The notes beneath the pieces were generated by a model. The model saw only the letters and a program-made list of their open reading frames with translations, was not told the origin of the DNA and searched no databases. The position numbers and the translations under genes were made by a program. A stretch of DNA of 64,000 nucleotides from Azolla caroliniana (taxonomy: Eukaryota; Plantae; Polypodiophyta). Each line of letters opens with the position of its first letter. Position 1 is the first letter of the stretch. Location: contig JBHGNT010000012.1 of NCBI GenBank assembly GCA_043228905.1, positions 13,144,001-13,208,000 on the forward strand, in the 5' to 3' direction. This document shows, piece by piece, positions 61,389 through 64,000 of this stretch.

Positions 61389-64000
61389 ACTCGACCGATA
61401 TCACTGCCTCCAATCCGAATGCTAGGTGAAACGGTGTTGTGCGGATACTTGTCTTATATGCCGTTCGATAGGCCCAGAGTGCACTGTGTAGCTTTGTATC
61501 CCAATTCGTCCGGTTCTCATTGACGATTTTTCGAAGGATGTTCTGTAGTGTTTTATTTGTTAACTCGGCTAATCCGTTGGCTTGCGGATAATAGGGAGTG
61601 CTCCGTTTGTGCACCACCGCATAGAATGTCGTCAAACTTTCCACCACTTGCCCTAAGAAGTGCCCAGCTTGGTCACTTATTAGCTCTATCGGACATCCAT
61701 ACTAGCACTAGATGTATTCATATAAAATTTTTGCCGTGGATGATGCGGTGTTGTCGTGTAGTGCTTTGGCTTCCACCCATTTTGTGCAATAATCTATAAC
61801 GACAATCCGTACCGGTTGCCCGTTCTCATTGCTGGTGGTTTGAATGGACCGACAAAATCCAGCCCCCATTTCTGAAATGGTTCTAACGGTAGCACGGTTT
61901 GGTGAGGCATCTTGACTTGTTCGGTTGGTTGGTCCATTCGCTGACATAGGTCGCATTCTTTAGCATACCGAACTGCATCCTTCAATGTTGTTGGGCACCA
62001 TAGTCCACTCTGCCATATTTTCCTTGCCATAGCGTCTCCGGCATAATGTCCTCCAGCCACTCCGCAGTGTGCTTCGCGCAATATTATGTCCTTCTCGTCG
62101 CTGCGCACTGCACGCCGCCATATGCCATCTGCGCCTTTGTGGTACAATGTGTCCTGTAATAGACAAAAGTGCCAGCTTTGAACAACTAAGCGTTTCCTCT
62201 CGTCTTTGTTCATCTCCTCCGGAGGTAAGCCGGTGCTCAGAAATTGGTGCATGTTGGTGAGCCACTTGTCTTCCTCTGCGAACGCACCATCCATTGCCAT
62301 TTCTGCTGTGACTCTAAACATCTCTGCATCTGGGAACTCGTCTGGTACGCCGTGACCGGTTTTGCCGGAATCTAACCGGCTCAAATAGTTTGCTACCGCA
62401 TGTTGTATGCCGGGTCGGTGGAATATCTCGAACTCAAATTCTTGTAATAGTAACGTCCACCGGGCCAGCTTACCAGTGAGTGATGCTCTGGACACCAAAT
62501 AGAGGAGCACCGAATGATCTACGTGAAAGGAAAATTTCCTTCCCAACAGATAGTGTCTAAACTTAGTGACACTGTAGATCATGCCCAAGGCCTCTCTTTC
62601 CGTTGTGGAATAATTACGTTCTGCTTGGGACAACTTCCGACTGGCATAATAAACTGGCCGGTACCACTTCGGTTCTGTAAGTTGCATAAGCGCGCTCCCG
62701 ATTGCGATGTCGGGCGCGTCAACGAACACATGGAACTCTTTAGACCAATCCGGAGGTTGCACCACCGATGCTTGTGACAATAGTACATTTAGTGCCCGGT
62801 AAGCCTTGTCTTCTGTGTCCGTCCATTGGAATGGTGTTCGATGTACCATGGCATGCAATGGCGTAGCCATGTTTGCCAGATACCGGATCCACTGCAATAC
62901 CGTCCTTGCTCACGATGTGGCCAAGTAACGCTCCGCTGGACACTCCGAACACGCATTTTTCCGGGTTAAGACTTAGCCGGTAAACCCTACATTTCTCCAG
63001 ACATAGTCGGAGGTGCTGAAGGTGATCCCCTTCCCGGCTATAAACAGCGAAGTCGTCCAGGAAGACATGCATGAATGCCGGAATGAATTCTCCGAAAATC
63101 TCCATGATGATCCGCTGGAAGGTTGTCGGCGCCGTTTTTAGTCCGAACATCATAACTACGGCAACAAAGACTCCCCATTTGGTGACAAAAGCGGTTTTCT
63201 CTTGGTCGTCGAGGTGCATCCGGATCTGATTATAGCCACTGAAACCGTCCAGAAAACTACACACCTCATGGCCGGAGACCGCATCCAAGACTCCATCCAT
63301 GAATGGAAGTGGAAAGGCATCCGTTACCGTAGCCGCATTCAATTTCCGGTAGTCGACATAAACTCTTATCTTACCATTCTTTTTCGGTAGTACGACTATC
63401 GGATTGAGCCATGTGGCTTTCTTTACCAGTCGGATGAAGCCAACCCTTAGCAACTTGTCGATTTCTTCTTTGACTTTTGTTGCATAATTCGGGTTCATCC
63501 GGTAACGCCGTTGCGCTACCGGTTTGGAGTCTTTACTCAGATGTATTTGGTTTGTTGATACAACTGAGGATCGAGTCCCCGCATGTCCTCATAGGACCAG
63601 GTGAACACATCGTGAAATTCTTTTAGGAGTGTGATCATTGCCACTTTGTTCTCCTTGGTCATTTCGTTGGCGATGTGAACCGATCTTGCGTCCTCTGTGG
63701 TACCTAGGTTTACCTCTTCTAAGTGGGATGCTTTTACACGCTACAACACTGCCATTTCTCTTTCCTGTGCCTCCTGTGCTTGCCGTAACTCCCGGATCGC
63801 TTCTTTATCCGGTTCCTCGTTGGTCCCATCCGGTTGCAGTATGTACAGTGATACTGCTTCGGCTACATCAATTTCGAACAGAGGTATGATCTTCGGATTT
63901 TCCTGTAAGTATTGATCAACCTCTTCGTCCGCCAATCCTTCCAGCATGTTGACACATTCCTCATATAGCGGCGTCAATTCCTTGCCGGTACCGGACCGTG
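61389..64000 (-). pseudogene. RT-RNase H-integrase of element E, disrupted
   Basis: ORFs 62740-63498 (FLDGFSGYNQI, FLDDF), 61794-62897 (RH, HCGVAGGHY..C..C), 61384-61647 (YYPQANGLAE). Confidence 0.92.

Larger units (their letters stand above)
50751..64000 (-). mobile_element. Non-chromovirus Gypsy E (Phygy/Athila-like): RT-RH-IN, extra 3' ORF, 3' LTR; hosts A4; 5' end outside the window
   Basis: pol fragments 61384-63977 and 53805-54360; LTR 50751-51131 reads TGTTACC...TAGACA on the minus strand, with TATATAAA and AATTAAA on that strand. Confidence 0.88.

Overview
Eukaryotic plant heterochromatin; the Tcn1-like and Phygy/Athila-like lineages suggest a bryophyte or other early land plant (inference). 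About 90% of the window is nested LTR retrotransposons, most with LTRs, PBS, PPT and 5-bp TSDs readable by eye. Chromoviral Gypsy family 'A' occurs as one intact recent copy (54366-61383, single 1477-aa gag-pol ORF), three decayed or partial copies, one solo LTR and several LTR fragments. There are two Tcn1-like chromoviruses ('B' 40192-46227, 'B0' 16861-31992), several Copia elements, one non-chromovirus Gypsy ('E', 50751 to window end) with an extra 3' ORF, and a DNA-transposon-like segment carrying a RING-H2 pseudogene. The only clear host locus is a small box C/D snoRNA cluster at about 11.2-12.1 kb. The most unusual signals are: (1) element E has a tRNA-Arg 3'-end copy (an antisense second PBS) where its PPT should be; (2) family A has TG...TA termini and a 1.7-kb intron-like leader holding a ~56-nt-period hairpin array; (3) element B shows Tf1-type self-priming, a -1 frameshift signal and tRNA-like Pol III boxes in its LTR. 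All calls were made by eye without alignment or database searches, and family labels are my own.
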